Assembly: GCA_030295235.1 (NCBI GenBank) | Contig: AP026124.1 | Coordinates: forward strand, 806,001-870,000 | Reading direction: 5' to 3' | DNA: 64,000 bases | From: Fistulifera solaris | Lineage: Eukaryota | In this document: positions 1-11,794 of the stretch, piece after piece | How positions within the stretch are numbered: position 1 is the stretch's first letter | How the letters are laid out: every line of letters begins with the position of its first letter | The notes under the pieces: generated by a model | What the model saw: only the letters and a program-made list of their open reading frames with translations | Databases searched by the model: none | Told to the model about the DNA's origin: nothing | Made by a program: the position numbers and the translations under genes

Positions 1-154
1 CGAACGAACGGCACGTACGCTGTACGTCTCATTGTTCGGACCGCTGACCGCTGAGCCGATTGCATGCACCGTTATTTTTTGCAGCACAACAACAACATCG
101 GGAAGCAAGTCTTGCGGCAAAGCTTGTTGACTATAGAAAGCAAAGTTTCCAGGA

Positions 155-992
155 ATGTCTTTTAAATCACTTCACAATACGCTGATTCGACACACCCTTA
201 ATAGCATCAAGCGTCCGGGCAGTCACGTTCATGCTAGCAGCGTTTTGACGTCACATCGATCGCTCTCTTCGGAGGAAACATCGGCTCTCTTCCGCTTTCG
301 TCGAAGTAACCAATTGAGTCATATCTTGAACGACGACCGCGGTAAGCGACCGAATAGTGTGATGCTGTTTCCCGGTGACTACCAGGATGATGCTGAAAGT
401 ATGTGGGATGACGACGAGGATGATTACGAAGCGAGCGAAACGATGGGCGGATACGAAAGTGACACCGGGGGAGAGCAAACACTCAGCGAAACAGACCATT
501 TAATTGAAGAGCTACGCCGCAGAGAGGCCGAAGATCAAGCTCAACGTGCGAAGTGGATTGAGAATAGCTTGCCTCCCGTCTGGAAGTCTGAGATTGATGA
601 ACGCGGAAGAGCGTATGGGCGTGGTGGACGAAAGAAGGCTGCAGCACGCGTTTGGATTCAGCCGGGGTTCGGTGAAGTCACGGTCAACAAAAAAATCGTT
701 CGTGGATTATTTTCCGCGCATGTCGGATCGAGATTTGATTTTACAACCTCTCGTGGCCACGGAGACGTGTGGTGACTTTGATGTGCAAGTCATGGTGCAG
801 GGAGGAGGCTTGACCGGCCAGGCGGGGGCTGTGCGACACGGTTTGGCTCACGCACTTAACAGTTACAACCCGGATTTGTATCGACCGCCACTGAAGCGAC
901 TTGGTTTGTTAGAACGCGATGCTCGCCGAGTCGAGCGAAAGAAAGTCGGTCACAAAAAAGCCAGAAAGTCACCTCAGTGGGTGCGTCGTTAA
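155..992 (+). CDS. MRPS9: Mitochondrial ribosomal protein S9 (uS9m); one frameshift at the A-run ~688-695
   Basis: ORF 155-775 carries GRGGRKKAAARVWIQPGFGEVTVN; ORF 504-992 continues with VQGGGLTGQAGAVRHGLAHAL...RRVERKKVGHKKARKSPQWVRR, the uS9 signature. Basic Ser-rich N-terminus resembles a mitochondrial presequence. Confidence 0.92.
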
Positions 993-1037
993 AGCAGTAC
1001 TGAGATTCACTTGACTACACAAGAATAGCCTATAATA

Positions 1038-1945
1038 TTATCTAGAATCTGATCGTTTACGATACGCCCCGATCCAGTTAATATCCGTGTCATTCGGATC
1101 CAATTTCCACGACCAGTCACCAAAGAATGGAGGCTTCGTTAACACCATGCCCGACACGTCGACTTCTTCCATATCCACATGATTCATTAAGCGCGCTACC
1201 TCGTCCGGTGAACGGTATTCATGCCAATTGTGAGTCCCAATAGGAATATATCTCATAATGTACTCGGCTCCAACAATAGTAGCAAGGTGGCTTTTCATGG
1301 TGCGATTGATTGTTGAAAGGAACAGCAAACCATCGTTTTTCAAAAGAGCCGAAGCTGCTCCCAGCAACGACGCGGCATCAGTCGAATGTTCCAGTACTTC
1401 TAGCAAGCAAACCATATCATACTTTTTGTCCGAGTGCTCATGCGCAAACGTCTCCACTGTTTTCCCACCTTGATAATCAATGGTTCGTGTCCGAGGATGA
1501 AGTGCTGCGTGCTGTTTGGCGGCTTCCACCAACCTTACACTGGGGTCCAATCCTGTCACGGTGGCGCCTAGTCGAGCCAGAGATTCACTGAGTAAGCCCC
1601 CACCACAACCAATGTCCAGTGCCGAATATCCTTCCAGAGGATGCGCCGACGAAACAATCGTATCTTCCTTCTTAACAAGATTCTGATAGACCATTTCACG
1701 GATATATTTCATTCGGATGGTATTCATGGGAATGAGAACGTTCTTTTCGGATCCCACCAGTCCTGATCCATGGCACTAAATTTGTCCACTTCCGAAGACG
1801 ATACAGAGAAAAGACGACGCGCATGCGAAGGACGCATCGATGCGGTATGAGGAATACAAGATGAGGCTGTAAGGAATGGACGGGTGCTTCGTCGCACCGT
1901 TGCCCCACTAAGAGATGCGGGGCGAAGGAGCGATTTCGATCTCAT
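1038..1945 (-). CDS. COQ3: Ubiquinone biosynthesis O-methyltransferase (COQ3/UbiG); frameshift near 1745
   Basis: EVDKFSAMDQDWWDP in ORF 1724-1945 joins LDIGCGGGLLSESLARLGA, LEVLEH, STINRT and GTHNW in ORF 1038-1757; presequence-like N-terminus. Confidence 0.92.
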
Positions 1946-2201
1946 GGCTGATTCAGGACGATGAAATGAACAATATATTTTATATTATGAAAAAATGCAA
2001 TCAAATAAAATGGATGAATGCATTCTATCAGTTCGAGTTTTTTGGGTTTGGGTCGAGGAGGAAGAATGCCAGAAGGGGACGTTAAAATTCTGCCTCCCAG
2101 TACAAGATTCTACTTAGCGTCTACGACGAGGCAGAATTTTAACGCCGTTCCCAATCTCATCAATCATCATTACTCCGAGTATTATCTTTTGAGACGTACG
2201 G

Positions 2202-2215
2202 TACCGGTACCGGTA
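2202..2215. promoter_or_regulatory. Overlapping TACCGGTA palindromes between divergent COQ3 and RRP6
   Basis: GTACCGGTACCGGTA seen directly; function inferred from recurrence. Confidence 0.35.
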
Positions 2216-2431
2216 AGACTGCTGAGAGTCCGTCCGTTACACCAAAGGACTTTAACCTTACTTCCTATTCCTAATGATGTGTCGAGTGCAGCGCGCAGCG
2301 CTCTTCCATTCATTATTCCTTCATGAAGGGCAATGTTGATATCATCCGCGCCGAATCTCTTTTTGCTTGTACACTTCTTTCTCTTCGTTCCTTCTTCTAG
2401 GCTATTGTCAATATCGTAGAGCACGATTAGT

Positions 2432-5362
2432 ATGAGCACAACGGCAAATGATGAAGAAGAGGAGCTCTCGCAACTGCTTGCGGCGCTCGCGACCGGAGTA
2501 CGCGCGGTGACGCGTCTCCCGACGGATGAAGATGAGTTTCGTTTCTGCGCATCGTTGCCCGAATTTCAAAATGCACATCAATCATCACAGACGGCTTTAC
2601 TGGAATTGTTGAAAGAAATTGTCTCGCAACAACCGAACTTGAATGACACGCTTAACGGAGACACTAGCGATGATGTCATGTGGGATGATATCAACGATCC
2701 TTTACTCTGGGAACATTGCGCGGACGTCTGCGATGCCATGCTGGAACGGATAGAGCAGCAATTGGATGCAGTTTCATCTGCAACAGCACCAACAACAGCT
2801 TTTGTTCAACAAGCACGACAGCAGGCGAGGAATGGGTTGGACCGAATGATCGCAAACACCATGGATATTTCCAAGCCACAATTGAAGTTTGTGCTGTTCC
2901 CAGCACACAATCACCGAACGAAACCGTTTGTGCCCAAAATAACCAAGAAACCGAATGCAATTGCACCGCTCGATTTGACATTGCAGCCCATGTCTTTGGA
3001 TAACGACAGGAACGTGGTGAAATCATCAGACTTCGTTCAGCCGAGTCATTTTGTGCCTCACGTGTATCGGGCAGAAATCAAGCAACTCAAGTGCCCTCAC
3101 TTTGATGTTCCTGCCCAGCGACCTCCACGTATCCGACAGGCGAAGCCATCGTTGAAAGCGACATGGATTGATACGAAAGAAGGCCTGCAATCGTTGGTGG
3201 ATACGAAACTCATGAATGTGGATCGGATTGCTTTAGACTTGGAAGCTCACTCTTATCGCTCGTTTGCTGGAATCGTCTGTCTTATGCAAATTAGTTTCAA
3301 AGATAGCAGCGATAATTCCATTTACAACTTCCTTGTGGATACGTTAGCACTGCACGACGAGTTGCACGACTTGTTGCTACCAGTTCTCACTGACCCCAAC
3401 ATTGTCAAAATCATGCACGGGGCAGATTCTGACATTATGTGGTTGCAACGTGACTTTTCCTTGTTCATTGTAAATTTGATGGATACTGGTCAGGCAGCTC
3501 GAGCCCTTTCCCTTCCATCAGCTGGATATGCTTATTTGCTACAGAAATATACTTCGATTAAGAACCCCGACAAGTCGTTTCAGCTGGCCGACTGGAGAAA
3601 ACGGCCCTTATCGGAAGAAATGCAGCAATATGCGATCCAAGATACGCACTATTTGCTCGATATTTACAACTGCTTGTTGTACGATCTAGACCATTCGACG
3701 AATACCTCTGTGGAACGGGTGTGGCGAGCTAGTCAAAACATTTCGCTATCGACATACAAAGGCGTCCCGTTTTCTCCAAATGGATACCAAAAGTTGCTGC
3801 GACAACGTGGTCGCAACGTTCAACAATACACTCCTGTTCAACAATTAGCACTACAACGATTGTGGGATTGGCGTGATGCTACTGCGCGCGTTTTGGATGA
3901 ATCGGTTCCCTACATTATTACCAATGCTGTATTACTACGACTGGCGACCGCTTTGCCCACCAGTACAGCAGCATTACAAACGCTGTTCAACCCGATGCCA
4001 CCTATTTTGTGGCAGCACGCAACCGACGTAACTCAATTGTTGCAGCGACTTGTGCATCATCAACTGCAGCAGCTTCAAGATAATGACGATGACCAAGAAG
4101 AAGACGAACTTGATGTCAATGACACAGCTGGTGCTGAAGGCGAAGACGACGGTCAAGGCGATGACGACGACGAAGAAGAGGAGATCGAAGAAGATCAAAG
4201 AAATTTGCACCGCTCAGCGTTCTTCAAACCAGCTAGTGGCGAAACGCGAGATGGATTTGTCAGCCCTGTCCTTGGTACCGAGGCTCTTTATAAACAAGCT
4301 GGATGGATGACTCCGAACGAGCAACAGCAGGAAAAAGCCATAGCTACGTCGACAAGTGCAACGGAAGATGAATCTATTGACCGGGTTGACGGTAAGCCCA
4401 AGCGACTTTTGTCTGTGCACCCCTCCAATCAAGATTTTCGATCTGGCAGTTGCATGGAACATAGTATCGGCCGAGGACGGAGTGTGGATGGCATGCATAC
4501 AGTCCGAGCCATTCGAGCGCATTCGACATCCCCGGTACCTAACGAGGCAATTACCAGCGACGACGATCAGCAACAGCAGCGTTTGCGGGAACAAAGTCAA
4601 GCGTTACTGGGGCAGAAACAGCCTATTCCTGTTATATTGGGAATGATTTCTCCTGCGAATGATAAAGACGACGAAGAAGAAGAAGCAGTAGATGTGCGAA
4701 CAAAAGAAGAGCCTGGTGAAGCAGATGATACGGACGAGGAGCTTACCGTTCCGCGCTCGATGCGAGAAATCTATCGTATAAGCAACCGCAATCGTCGAAA
4801 TAAACAGACTGGATCTCTTACTCCCGAACGAGGCATGACACCCACCGACGACAAGGAACGGAACGAGCTGGTTAAAGCAGAATTGTTAATAAAAGAACGC
4901 GGCGCGGCAGCACAAGCATACTTTGAGTCGAGTCCAAAGCGTCCACGCACACAAACAGGGCGAGAATCTGAAGAGTCTGTTCCTCAAGAAAACAATGATG
5001 ATGAGGATATATCTTTCATGCAGGAGATCGGCTGGATCAAAGATCCAAAGGAAGCTGAAGAAATGTTGGAGACGCGCTTTGGGGTGCCTAAGCAGTCTCC
5101 AAGACAAACTCCCGTTGAATATACGAATGCTGTGGGAGTGCTGTCTGCGCAGCCATCTAATAATCCGTTTTTTGCTGGAGCTGCTCTTGCTGGGGGGACC
5201 CTGACGCACAATTTTGCAAGATCTTCACGGAAAACTAATACCAGCAACGTCAGCAAACCAAAGCCGACAAATAATAGCCGCCGCCAGCAAGAGCGCCCCG
5301 AAAAGAAAGACGGAAAGAGTCACGCTTACCGAAAGAAATATGACCACAGTGTACAATTTTAG
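2432..5362 (+). CDS. RRP6: Exosome 3'-5' exonuclease RRP6/EXOSC10 (PMC2NT, DEDDy exonuclease, HRDC, long acidic tail)
   Basis: IALDLEAHSYRSFAGIVCLMQIS, MHGADSDIMWLQRDF, QLADWRKRPL..YAIQDTHYLL and HRDC LWDWRDATARVLDES. Confidence 0.95.
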   Translation: MSTTANDEEEELSQLLAALATGVRAVTRLPTDEDEFRFCASLPEFQNAHQSSQTALLELLKEIVSQQPNLNDTLNGDTSDDVMWDDINDPLLWEHCADVCDAMLERIEQQLDAVSSATAPTTAFVQQARQQARNGLDRMIANTMDISKPQLKFVLFPAHNHRTKPFVPKITKKPNAIAPLDLTLQPMSLDNDRNVVKSSDFVQPSHFVPHVYRAEIKQLKCPHFDVPAQRPPRIRQAKPSLKATWIDTKEGLQSLVDTKLMNVDRIALDLEAHSYRSFAGIVCLMQISFKDSSDNSIYNFLVDTLALHDELHDLLLPVLTDPNIVKIMHGADSDIMWLQRDFSLFIVNLMDTGQAARALSLPSAGYAYLLQKYTSIKNPDKSFQLADWRKRPLSEEMQQYAIQDTHYLLDIYNCLLYDLDHSTNTSVERVWRASQNISLSTYKGVPFSPNGYQKLLRQRGRNVQQYTPVQQLALQRLWDWRDATARVLDESVPYIITNAVLLRLATALPTSTAALQTLFNPMPPILWQHATDVTQLLQRLVHHQLQQLQDNDDDQEEDELDVNDTAGAEGEDDGQGDDDDEEEEIEEDQRNLHRSAFFKPASGETRDGFVSPVLGTEALYKQAGWMTPNEQQQEKAIATSTSATEDESIDRVDGKPKRLLSVHPSNQDFRSGSCMEHSIGRGRSVDGMHTVRAIRAHSTSPVPNEAITSDDDQQQQRLREQSQALLGQKQPIPVILGMISPANDKDDEEEEAVDVRTKEEPGEADDTDEELTVPRSMREIYRISNRNRRNKQTGSLTPERGMTPTDDKERNELVKAELLIKERGAAAQAYFESSPKRPRTQTGRESEESVPQENNDDEDISFMQEIGWIKDPKEAEEMLETRFGVPKQSPRQTPVEYTNAVGVLSAQPSNNPFFAGAALAGGTLTHNFARSSRKTNTSNVSKPKPTNNSRRQQERPEKKDGKSHAYRKKYDHSVQF

Positions 5363-5720
5363 AAGAATTGACTGTTGAAAGCTCAAAGTCTAATGATCTT
5401 AACTGAATTTCTAAAAGTTTCTAAAAGTTTGTTTTTCATCCGTGAAAAATCTATCCCAATCCTTATGATGGTATCCATCGGTCGGTACAGTACTCATCAG
5501 TACTTTGTATACCGTCTACTGTAAACGATAACTGAAAAAATTCCGACTCAACTGAATTTCAATCCCGTCATATGTGTATGGTGTTTGGTTTATGGAGGGA
5601 GTGAGATATGAACAAATGAATGATGATTATTGACGATGATTCATTCAATGATTTCGGAGCAAGAGATTGTTAACCTGGTATCATAATATTTAAACCGCAT
5701 CAACTAATTCTATTAGACTC

Positions 5721-8036
5721 ATGACAGCGTGCGTACGCATCCTAAGCACGTCGTCGCCGGATTCATCGCCCGCCATTCTGTTGGTGGCACCCGATGGATC
5801 GAAAATTTTAGTTAATTGCGGTGAAGGTTGCCAGCGCACATTTCTCGAGAATTCACAACGACTCTCCACTGTAACGACTATCTGCCTGACACACATTGCA
5901 CATGACTCCGTCGGTGGATTGCCGGGATTGATTTTGACGAGTGCGGATGCATCAGCCGTGGCCATCGCATCGCAGTTCGCAACCACTGGAGATCAGGGAA
6001 ATAATGACACCAAGGCGAAGCTGGAAACGAAACAAATTCAGCAAAAGATACGCTGAACGACGAGACTTCCGGGCTCGACATCATTGGACCAGTCGGTACA
6101 CAAACCTTCATCCATTCACTAAGACATTTTATGCGTCGCGAAAAATTCCCGCTGCGTGTCCACGAAGGCCTTGTCACGCACCAGGCCGAGAATTCCAACC
6201 GACAGAAAAGAAAGAGAAAACGAAAAAGTAGCGAGCAAGAAGAAGACTCTTTCAAATTTACTGTGCAGTCGGTGGCTGTTGAGGACGAAGAAGGTCGACA
6301 AACTCTTTCCTATGTTTTTACCAGCCCTCCGATACCCGGAAAGTTCCTTCCGCAAGAGGCATTCAAGCTTGGTGTACCGAAGGGTCCTCTCTACGCACAG
6401 CTAAAAGCAGGAAAGTCGGTGACTTTTGTGGACGGTGCTTCAGGTGTAGAAAAGACGGTGGAAAGTCATCAAGTCGTCATGTCACCTACTCCCGGAATCG
6501 CCATAATGATGTTGAGCTATCGCACTCTTTCCTGTGGCGACAGACTCATCGGAAATGATTTACTCAGTGATATGGTCGAATCTAACGACTTGTGCGTGGA
6601 TCTGATCGTGCATATCGCTCCAAAGTCTATCTTCACTGAACTGATGGCGAGCGGGAAACTGTGGAAGCGAAATGAAGATTGTGATGTGGAGATCGAGCAT
6701 GTACTTGTTCCAGTTGAAGTTGATGGCTATTTAGCGTTCCCTGAATCAGAGCCCACACCTTTTCGCTCGGCAGCCGTTGGTGCTTATTGTCGATCGCTTC
6801 TTTGCCCGCAAATTTACGGCCATCCGTTGCCCATGAATTTGCCGAGTGAATCGGAAAGTGAAGTGGATTCAAACAGTCCGCTCGGCTACAGACTAGGAAG
6901 AGCAATGATGGAGTATCAATTCATCCCACGCGCTAGTAAAGGTTTTTCGGTTGGTTTGCAAGGCAATTCCGCCGCTGAAGCAGACCAAATCTACTTTGTC
7001 AATGTTTCTGGAGCAAGCGTACTCGCGAAAGAGATTATCGGAACGGATGAACAACAGGATCAAACAAAAAGTTGTTTGATCTTCACCGGTACGGGTTCTG
7101 CCATCCCATGTAAACATCGTAACGTCACTGGCATGTTTCTGAGGCAAAGTAATGGGCGCGGAATTCTTTTGGATGTCGGGGAAGGAACTGTCGGACAACT
7201 ACTTCGCACGCAACATATTTCATCCTCGATTGAATTGTTTCAGAGTGTCAAAGCTGTTTGGCTTTCACACCCTCACGCAGATCACCATCTCGGAGTACTG
7301 AGACTTTTGCATGAGAAAAAGAAACAACTTTCTACCGACGGTCCTGTCATCCTCATTGGACCAACTCCATTGTTTGATTTTTTTAAACGAGTACAGCAAA
7401 CAGGACCCTTCGATTGAAAATTCATTTGTGAAGGTAGATTGCAGAGACCTGGTCCACGGACAATCATCGATGCTTGCAAATGTTCTCGAACGTGAACTAG
7501 GAATATCCAGTGTTCGGACCGTTCCAGTAGCGCATTGTGCACACTCCTATGCGGTAGTGTTGGATGGAACGAGTTTTGGTCGTGTCGTGTACAGCGGTGA
7601 CTGTCGCCCTTCGCGTCAACTAGCTGCGGCTGCACTTGGTGCTGACGTGCTCATCCATGAAGCTACGTTTGAAGACGGCATGGAAGCAGAAGCTGTCCTC
7701 AAGCGTCACTCCACGGTCGGTGAAGCATTGAACGTGGCGCGCGACATGCAGGCTAAATGTGTCGTGTTAACACACTTCTCGCAAAGGTATCCTCGCATAC
7801 CCCCGACATCAAGTTATGAAAAAGACTCTATTGATTCGCCATCGCTTAAAGTCGTTTTCGCGTTTGACCACATGCGCCTCACACCTGGAAATTTGGGACT
7901 GGCTGCCCGCATCACTCCCGCTGTACGTCTATTGTATCCGGAAGATACAGAGAATGAAGTAACGAACAATGTCGGCGAGGACGTCATAGATTTACTATCT
8001 ACACCAGGATTATTTGCTCATAATAAGGTTCTTTAA
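5721..8036 (+). CDS. TRZ1: tRNase Z long form (ELAC2/TRZ1); frameshifts near 6045 and 7380
   Basis: NCGEGCQR pseudo-motif, GKF..A.KLGVPKGPLYAQLKAG exosite, GTGSAIPCKHRNV, DVGEGT, SHPHADHHLG, YSGDCRP, LIHEATFED, HST, LTHFSQRYP across three overlapping ORFs. Confidence 0.93.
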
Positions 8037-8070
8037 ATGATACAATGTAAACGCCCGTCATTGCTGCATA

Positions 8071-8928
8071 TTACAGCCTGGAGTGTTGTGGTATATTGCT
8101 AAACTTTGGTAAGGTTTTCGTAGATCGAGCCATCCACGCATTCTGCAAATCTTGGCTTTGTAACGCAAGCGCATTGTAGTTCGAAATCTGCTCCAAACTA
8201 TCTGCTACACTATGATCTCTTGCATATATGAGACCTTTCTTGGTGCCTTGCACTGCGACTGGGGAGTAAGAGGCAATTTTAGCACATAAAGTAGTTGCAT
8301 GCTCAAGAAGCGAGGCGTGATCCGATACAACTCGACTGACCAAAGCCATTTGCAATGCCTCAGAGGCGTCGAAATTTCTACCACTCAAGCACACATCCCG
8401 GACCCACGATTGATTACCGACAATTTTAGGCAGACGCTGCAAAGTCCCGACGTCTGCTGCCAACCCGAGCTTGACCTCCCTTACACTAAAGGTGGTGTCA
8501 TCCGTGCACCATCTTACATCCGCTGCACAAATAAGGTCCACACCCGCCCCGATGCAATTTCCATGAATAGCTGCTACGACTGGTACCGGACACTTTTCAA
8601 GTGACGTGAAGCAGGCTTGCATGTCGCGAATGAGAGGTGCAAACGCGATTCCTATGTGAGCCGCATCTTCCCCTCTGTTCGATGGCATCAATGACGTATC
8701 GGTCACATCAATACCAGCTGAAAACGATTCCCCATTTCCAACTAAGAGAACGCACCGACATCCATCCCCCATTGTTCCAAGCGACGAAAATACTTCTCCG
8801 ATTTCTTTCCACATGCTCCGATTGACAGCGTTCAACTTGTGAGGGCGATTGAGAGCGACTTGAACGACATGCTCGCCGATCCATGTCACAGATAGGTTTT
8901 GGTATTGTTCCCGCTTATTTAGGGTCAT
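8071..8928 (-). CDS. ECH1: Delta3,5-delta2,4-dienoyl-CoA isomerase (crotonase family), peroxisomal
   Basis: LNRPHKLNA, FSAGID, PVVAAIHGNCIGAGVDL, EVKLGLAADVGTLQRLPKIVG; ends in the PTS1 tripeptide SRL. Confidence 0.88.
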   Translation of the reverse strand: MTLNKREQYQNLSVTWIGEHVVQVALNRPHKLNAVNRSMWKEIGEVFSSLGTMGDGCRCVLLVGNGESFSAGIDVTDTSLMPSNRGEDAAHIGIAFAPLIRDMQACFTSLEKCPVPVVAAIHGNCIGAGVDLICAADVRWCTDDTTFSVREVKLGLAADVGTLQRLPKIVGNQSWVRDVCLSGRNFDASEALQMALVSRVVSDHASLLEHATTLCAKIASYSPVAVQGTKKGLIYARDHSVADSLEQISNYNALALQSQDLQNAWMARSTKTLPKFSNIPQHSRL

Positions 8929-9581
8929 TTTGAATAATGCTGATAGAAGATTATGGAGTGCTATTTACTTTCGTGTTCAAATAATAAAAAAATCATCATC
9001 GTCGTTTGTTTTTTCATGTTCGGAATGAACAAAGCATTTGCGATGCGTGAAGAGTTCAAAAAAAATACGTAGTAGGCTATTAGGATTTGCTCGTGACTAA
9101 AAGTCAGTCGTGGTGCGGTTTATCAAAGCCGCGGAAGACAACGATCCGAGAGAATTTTCAAGTTTACTCGTCAACAAGAATCAAAGCGCAGATTGAAGTG
9201 TGTAAGAAAAGACCTGGTAGTCAGCTGAGCCCGCAGAACGAACGGATTTATACGTAGTAGTACAAGTAGCAGTCTGACTTGTAACTATCTCGGTTCATGA
9301 CTGAATGTGAGTCGTGGAAAAAGGTCGCTAACACTTTGTTATATAGTACTTTGTATTGATTAATGAATGATAGTGTTTGGTTTCATTCCAAGTGGAACAT
9401 TTGCAGCTACGACAACATCGCCGTTCAAATAAATTTCACAACAACATTCGCAGACAATTGTCAGCATCTTCCTCCCACGACGAGACCTCTTCTTTTTCAC
9501 CTTTGTTCATAGCATTGTTGGATACGGGACCGCGGAGCCTGTATCCTGAAATTGCGAGCAGAACATTTTATTATCGGAACC

Positions 9582-10439
9582 ATGTCTTACCAATGGCAAA
9601 TGAAAAGGATATCTCACAAGAAGTGGGCTATCATCTTCTTGATTATAGGTGTCGTTTTCCTGCAGATGAGTTGCATATGTTATGCTCAAGATGTTATCGA
9701 GGAAATCGAACACAGTCATGACAGCCAAACAGCCGATGATATGCCAGCCGATCTGGTTGAATCGAAAAGCGAAGAAATTCAAGTGGAAGATTACTTGGAG
9801 TCGCTTTCGTTATCGGAGTTGGATGAAATTTGCCAGCACAGGGGTTTTGCCGTCGAGGGTTCCACTAGAGAAGATTACGTTAACGCGGCAAGGCGGTGTT
9901 TGTCCTTGGAAAATGAAATGAACGCAATCTTAGCCGCGAATCCGGAACTAGCTGCCGAACTGGAGAAAGAAATTGAACGGATGAAAGCCGAAAAGGAACG
10001 TCTCGAAGTCGAGCGTCAAGATCTGTTGGAGCAAATATCGGATTTACAGCAGCAACTGACTGAGGCAGGTATGAATGACGCGGCTCTAGAAGCACTTCTG
10101 ATACAACACAAAAACCCTGCGAATATGACATTCGAGGAGGTGTTCAAGGAATCGATTTCGCAGCTGTACGATCGCGTCACCCAAGACGTTCGCTTTGTCA
10201 GCAAACTAGTATCTCCCATTTTATCGCCCATAGTTCGTTCAATCTTGGGTGCCTTGAAATTTGGCTGGCGATACGCAAAACGAGTACTTTTGGAGGTTGT
10301 GCCCGAGGACACCCGGGTCAGGCTCGAAAAAAATGTGGCCAGATTCCTCCCGATTCAAGAATGGATCAGCGAAGGAGGAGCTATTCAGCAAATATTACAC
10401 CGGGCTAAGCTTTTATTCCAAGCTCAATTTATCCATTAG
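9582..10439 (+). CDS. Hypothetical protein with signal peptide/anchor, short helical motif and coiled coil
   Basis: Open frame to 10439; hydrophobic WAIIFLIIGVVFLQMSCICYA; ELDEICQHRGF motif; heptad-rich ELEKEIERMKAEKERLEVERQDLLEQ. Start may be 9582 or 9600. Confidence 0.7.
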   Translation: MSYQWQMKRISHKKWAIIFLIIGVVFLQMSCICYAQDVIEEIEHSHDSQTADDMPADLVESKSEEIQVEDYLESLSLSELDEICQHRGFAVEGSTREDYVNAARRCLSLENEMNAILAANPELAAELEKEIERMKAEKERLEVERQDLLEQISDLQQQLTEAGMNDAALEALLIQHKNPANMTFEEVFKESISQLYDRVTQDVRFVSKLVSPILSPIVRSILGALKFGWRYAKRVLLEVVPEDTRVRLEKNVARFLPIQEWISEGGAIQQILHRAKLLFQAQFIH

Positions 10440-10738
10440 GGAAGGGACAGTGAACTCTCGAGGCATCCATCGCTGCGATATTACCACTGAAGGACAAGCT
10501 TCCATTGATTCGGCGACCTTTTCATAAGCAACTATATAAATGCGAAAGTAGAGAACCGTTATTAAGCCAATTACTTTGTCGTCAAAACAATATTAGTCGT
10601 TGTTATCGTCCCCCAAGTAAGACGAAATAAACACAAATTGTTGAAAACTTAGTCGTACTTCACTGGATGATAATGATTACCTGGTATCTACCATGGGTTA
10701 GAATTTCGTCTCAAAAATTCATTTACACTGCCCCCCAA

Positions 10739-11206
10739 TTAAAACGCAGGCTCCTTTTTCTTCGGATTCCATACACCCTTCACGACACCTTTGATGCCAC
10801 CCGGACTTGAAAGTGCAATCTTGGACATTCCGATCATCGTCACGAGAGCGAGTCCAACGTTGACAATGCGAGCAGGTCCCAACAATGCTTTGGAGATTTT
10901 GGGGACGTAGTCCGTAATTACGTAATTGAGGCCGACCCACGAATGTGCGGTGATATTTGCCGAAAGCAACAAGCCAAATGTCTTGTTGAATTTTCCATCC
11001 GTCATCGAATCAGGAACCATAAAATACAGGGGCGTGAGAAAAGCTAACGAAAAGGTCATTCCGTGGTGAACGCGTGTAGCAAGAGAACCAGCATCGCCCT
11101 CCAAAAAACTGGGAGTGGTAGAGAACCTTTTCGGTGATTGAGCAAGTCGCTGTTGCGCTCGGCTCCGAAGAAGCATGAGGGATTGTGATGGTAGTGTGCG
11201 AAACAT
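10739..11206 (-). CDS. SDH4: Succinate dehydrogenase cytochrome b small subunit (CybS/SDH4)
   Basis: Mitochondrial presequence, three hydrophobic segments, HSWVGLNYVITDYVP motif. Confidence 0.85.
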   Translation of the reverse strand: MFRTLPSQSLMLLRSRAQQRLAQSPKRFSTTPSFLEGDAGSLATRVHHGMTFSLAFLTPLYFMVPDSMTDGKFNKTFGLLLSANITAHSWVGLNYVITDYVPKISKALLGPARIVNVGLALVTMIGMSKIALSSPGGIKGVVKGVWNPKKKEPAF

Positions 11207-11794
11207 AATTGGTACAAGATTATTTATGGTAATTTGTTTGCCTTTTAAATTGCGATGACCAAACCCGAAGTTTTTTTTTTTTGCGAAGATCGCTTTTGAC
11301 TTTTGACGCTTCTTCTTCGATGATCATCAATACGGAGTACTCCGTTGTAGTAAAATGCGTCGAAGCCTTACTGGTACTCCATACAATTACAAAAAACAAC
11401 GTTTGATGTCGCATCAAAATCATATCCGGGTCTTTCTACAGATAAATTTCCTACAGCGGCAACGTGAATTTTACGTAGACAATCGACACGGTCCAACTAT
11501 CATCCTTTATTCGTCTTGGGTTCGATTTCTTTATGTCTCAGTTTACGTTCATTAACACAACCTATGTTTGGAAAGGTGTTGATGCGATTCAAGGCAAACG
11601 GACCAAGAAGGTATGAGGTCGCAACGTCAAACTCCTCTATATCCATATCCGGGTGTTCTTTAGTTCGTACGACGTGCGGCAAAAAGCCGACTTTATACCG
11701 CCAGTGTAGTGCGACCATGAAACAATCCGATTATTCATTCATACCGGTACATTTCATTGGATCAGACCAGAACAATTAAGCAAACAACAACACC

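Noticed and set aside
5408..5430. Short direct repeat TTTCTAAAAG x2
   Set aside because: Two copies in AT-rich 3' intergenic DNA; ordinary slippage.
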